A stretch of 49,014 bases of DNA, counting the filler, from Sphacelaria rigidula (lineage: Eukaryota), in assembly GCA_964200075.2 (NCBI GenBank). It is 3 parts of 3 records of this genome, joined end to end, with 100 filler letters (N's around TTAATTAATTAA, not from the genome) between each part and the next. Parts side by side here need not be neighbours in the genome. Positions count along the whole stretch, not along the records: positions 32,746 to 49,014 come from CAXNAA020001416.1; 2 more parts are not named here. One strand, 5' to 3'. The notes under the pieces are model-generated. The model saw only the letters and a program-made list of their open reading frames with translations. It was not told the origin of the DNA and did no database searches. Below, piece by piece: positions 47,481 to 49,014 of the stretch (position 1 is the stretch's first letter; each line of letters opens with the position of its first letter). A program made the position numbers and the translations under genes.

Positions 47481-49014
47481 TACTACTACGCTTTGCTCCG
47501 CCTACATTCATGTGCCCAATCTAGGTAACAATTGTGGCTAGAGTCTACATGCCGCGGCACGGTGACCTTGTTCTGATTTCAGACAAGTCTACAGAGAGGG
47601 CAGGCACGATCGGGCGGCTGCTAAGAGTGCAGTAGTCCGAGCATGCCCGCGGCTGACGCAATAACGCCAGGCCACTTTGAAGGGCGCGGAAACAACACAG
47701 CACGTGTCTATCCGCCCGAACACACAGGGCAGCGGGAACTGTGAGACTTCTGTCGCCGGAGCTGATTTGACAGCTGCTGGTATTGCTCTTCAAAAGAGCG
47801 AACAATTCACACAGCCCTCGTCAGTCTGAATGGACAGCCACGAGAGCGGTAGAGGCAGTACAGCTGCCGCTGTTGCCGTGAAGGAGCAAGCTGGGCAGGA
47901 GGTGGCGCTGGAGCGAGTATGGGTGATGTTGAAAGGGAGTGATCCTGCTGCTGCTACTGTCGGTAATTTTGAAAGGGCGGGGTCTACATGGGCTGATGAG
48001 CAAGCGCTGACAGGCGAAGACCCCAATTACTTATTGCCGCCGGATCAGCGCGAGCACAAGATTGTAGTTTGAGCGCTACTGTTTCTCAGGGGCGGACTGG
48101 AGGACTACGAGAAAGACACTACCTGAGGTGCTTGATGTTGTGGTGAGCGTCGGATGGGGTGATGTTGAGGAGCAGGTGCTGGTGTAATTGAGTGCTTGTT
48201 GAGAATGAGAAAATACACACTATCACTGGTATGCCCGCATCGCTTTGTGGACGATTGTAGGATGTTGTGGTGTGTTTTCTGGTCATGTTTGTGCTGTTGT
48301 TTGCGCATGGAGCACAACGGTTGAGCGAATGTGATGAAATTGCGGTCGCTGGGGGAAATGCTGGTATCGCGGATATTTGATATCGGTGTGTTGCGCTGCT
48401 CTGCTAGCACGCATGATACATGGTGGTTTTCGCAAAGAAGATAAAATTGATGTGTTGAGTGGAATATTGGCATAAACGTGTGGATTTTTCGCTCGAATGT
48501 TACTGATGTGCATGGTGTCTGGTGAAGAGTCAGAGTGAGAGAGTTTTCAATGTATTGCTGTATGCTGAATGAAGTGAAGCTCGTATAATCTTAATCGCGC
48601 AGGAACACAGTGGAAGTATCTTCGTGTGGTTTGCACATATTGACCGTGTATGGGACGGTGATTGGTGCTCTTAGCGCAAAAGTTAGCTGAAAGAACGAAA
48701 AGCGTAGGCTCGTGCGTGAGCAGGTATAATGAGAGTGTTTCCAGTGGTTGGAGATAAATGAATGGTGCGCGTACGTATCAATGATCTTTGACCGTGGCAC
48801 GTTTCTCAATGTCTTGTCACGTGCTTGAATGGGTACATGGATGGGTATTTAATGTATAGTCACGTGTACATACATGGTGAGCAATCACAAAGCAGCACCT
48901 CAACAGCTCAACAGCGGTCCAAGAAAAATTGGCGTTGTTTCTCAATCACAGAAACAACAACTTTTCATCACCAAGACACGCTTGGCCACCAAACGACAAA
49001 GGCCTCAGCGCCTC

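Overview
Eukaryotic genomic DNA from a gapped draft scaffold. It is most likely a brown alga (Phaeophyceae), inferred from the intron style, the gene content and the TE families; this is not proven. Two spliced host genes lie on the + strand. The first is a complete 4-exon type II membrane sulfotransferase (117-4064, 331 aa). The second is a 5'-incomplete coiled-coil gene of at least 8 exons with a KADK...CLSCDR motif resembling DUF4795/QRICH2/C16orf96 (16620-24514). Each model needs one GC-AG intron. Most of the rest is decayed, nested transposons. An old chromodomain Ty3/gypsy element (~5.5-15.1 kb) carries two copies of a palindromic element with no visible target-site duplication (TSD) and a MITE. 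That MITE is split by a younger gypsy element with 221-bp LTRs, which itself carries a 450-bp solo LTR at its PPT/LTR junction. Also present are two Ty1/copia remnants, three LINE fragments, a tRNA-derived SINE head and about eight MITEs. An LTR element at ~34.6-41.5 kb shares its gag start with the old gypsy but carries kilobases of unidentified decayed coding sequence instead of pol. No prokaryotic systems, CRISPR arrays or rRNA were seen, and no new biological system can be firmly claimed.
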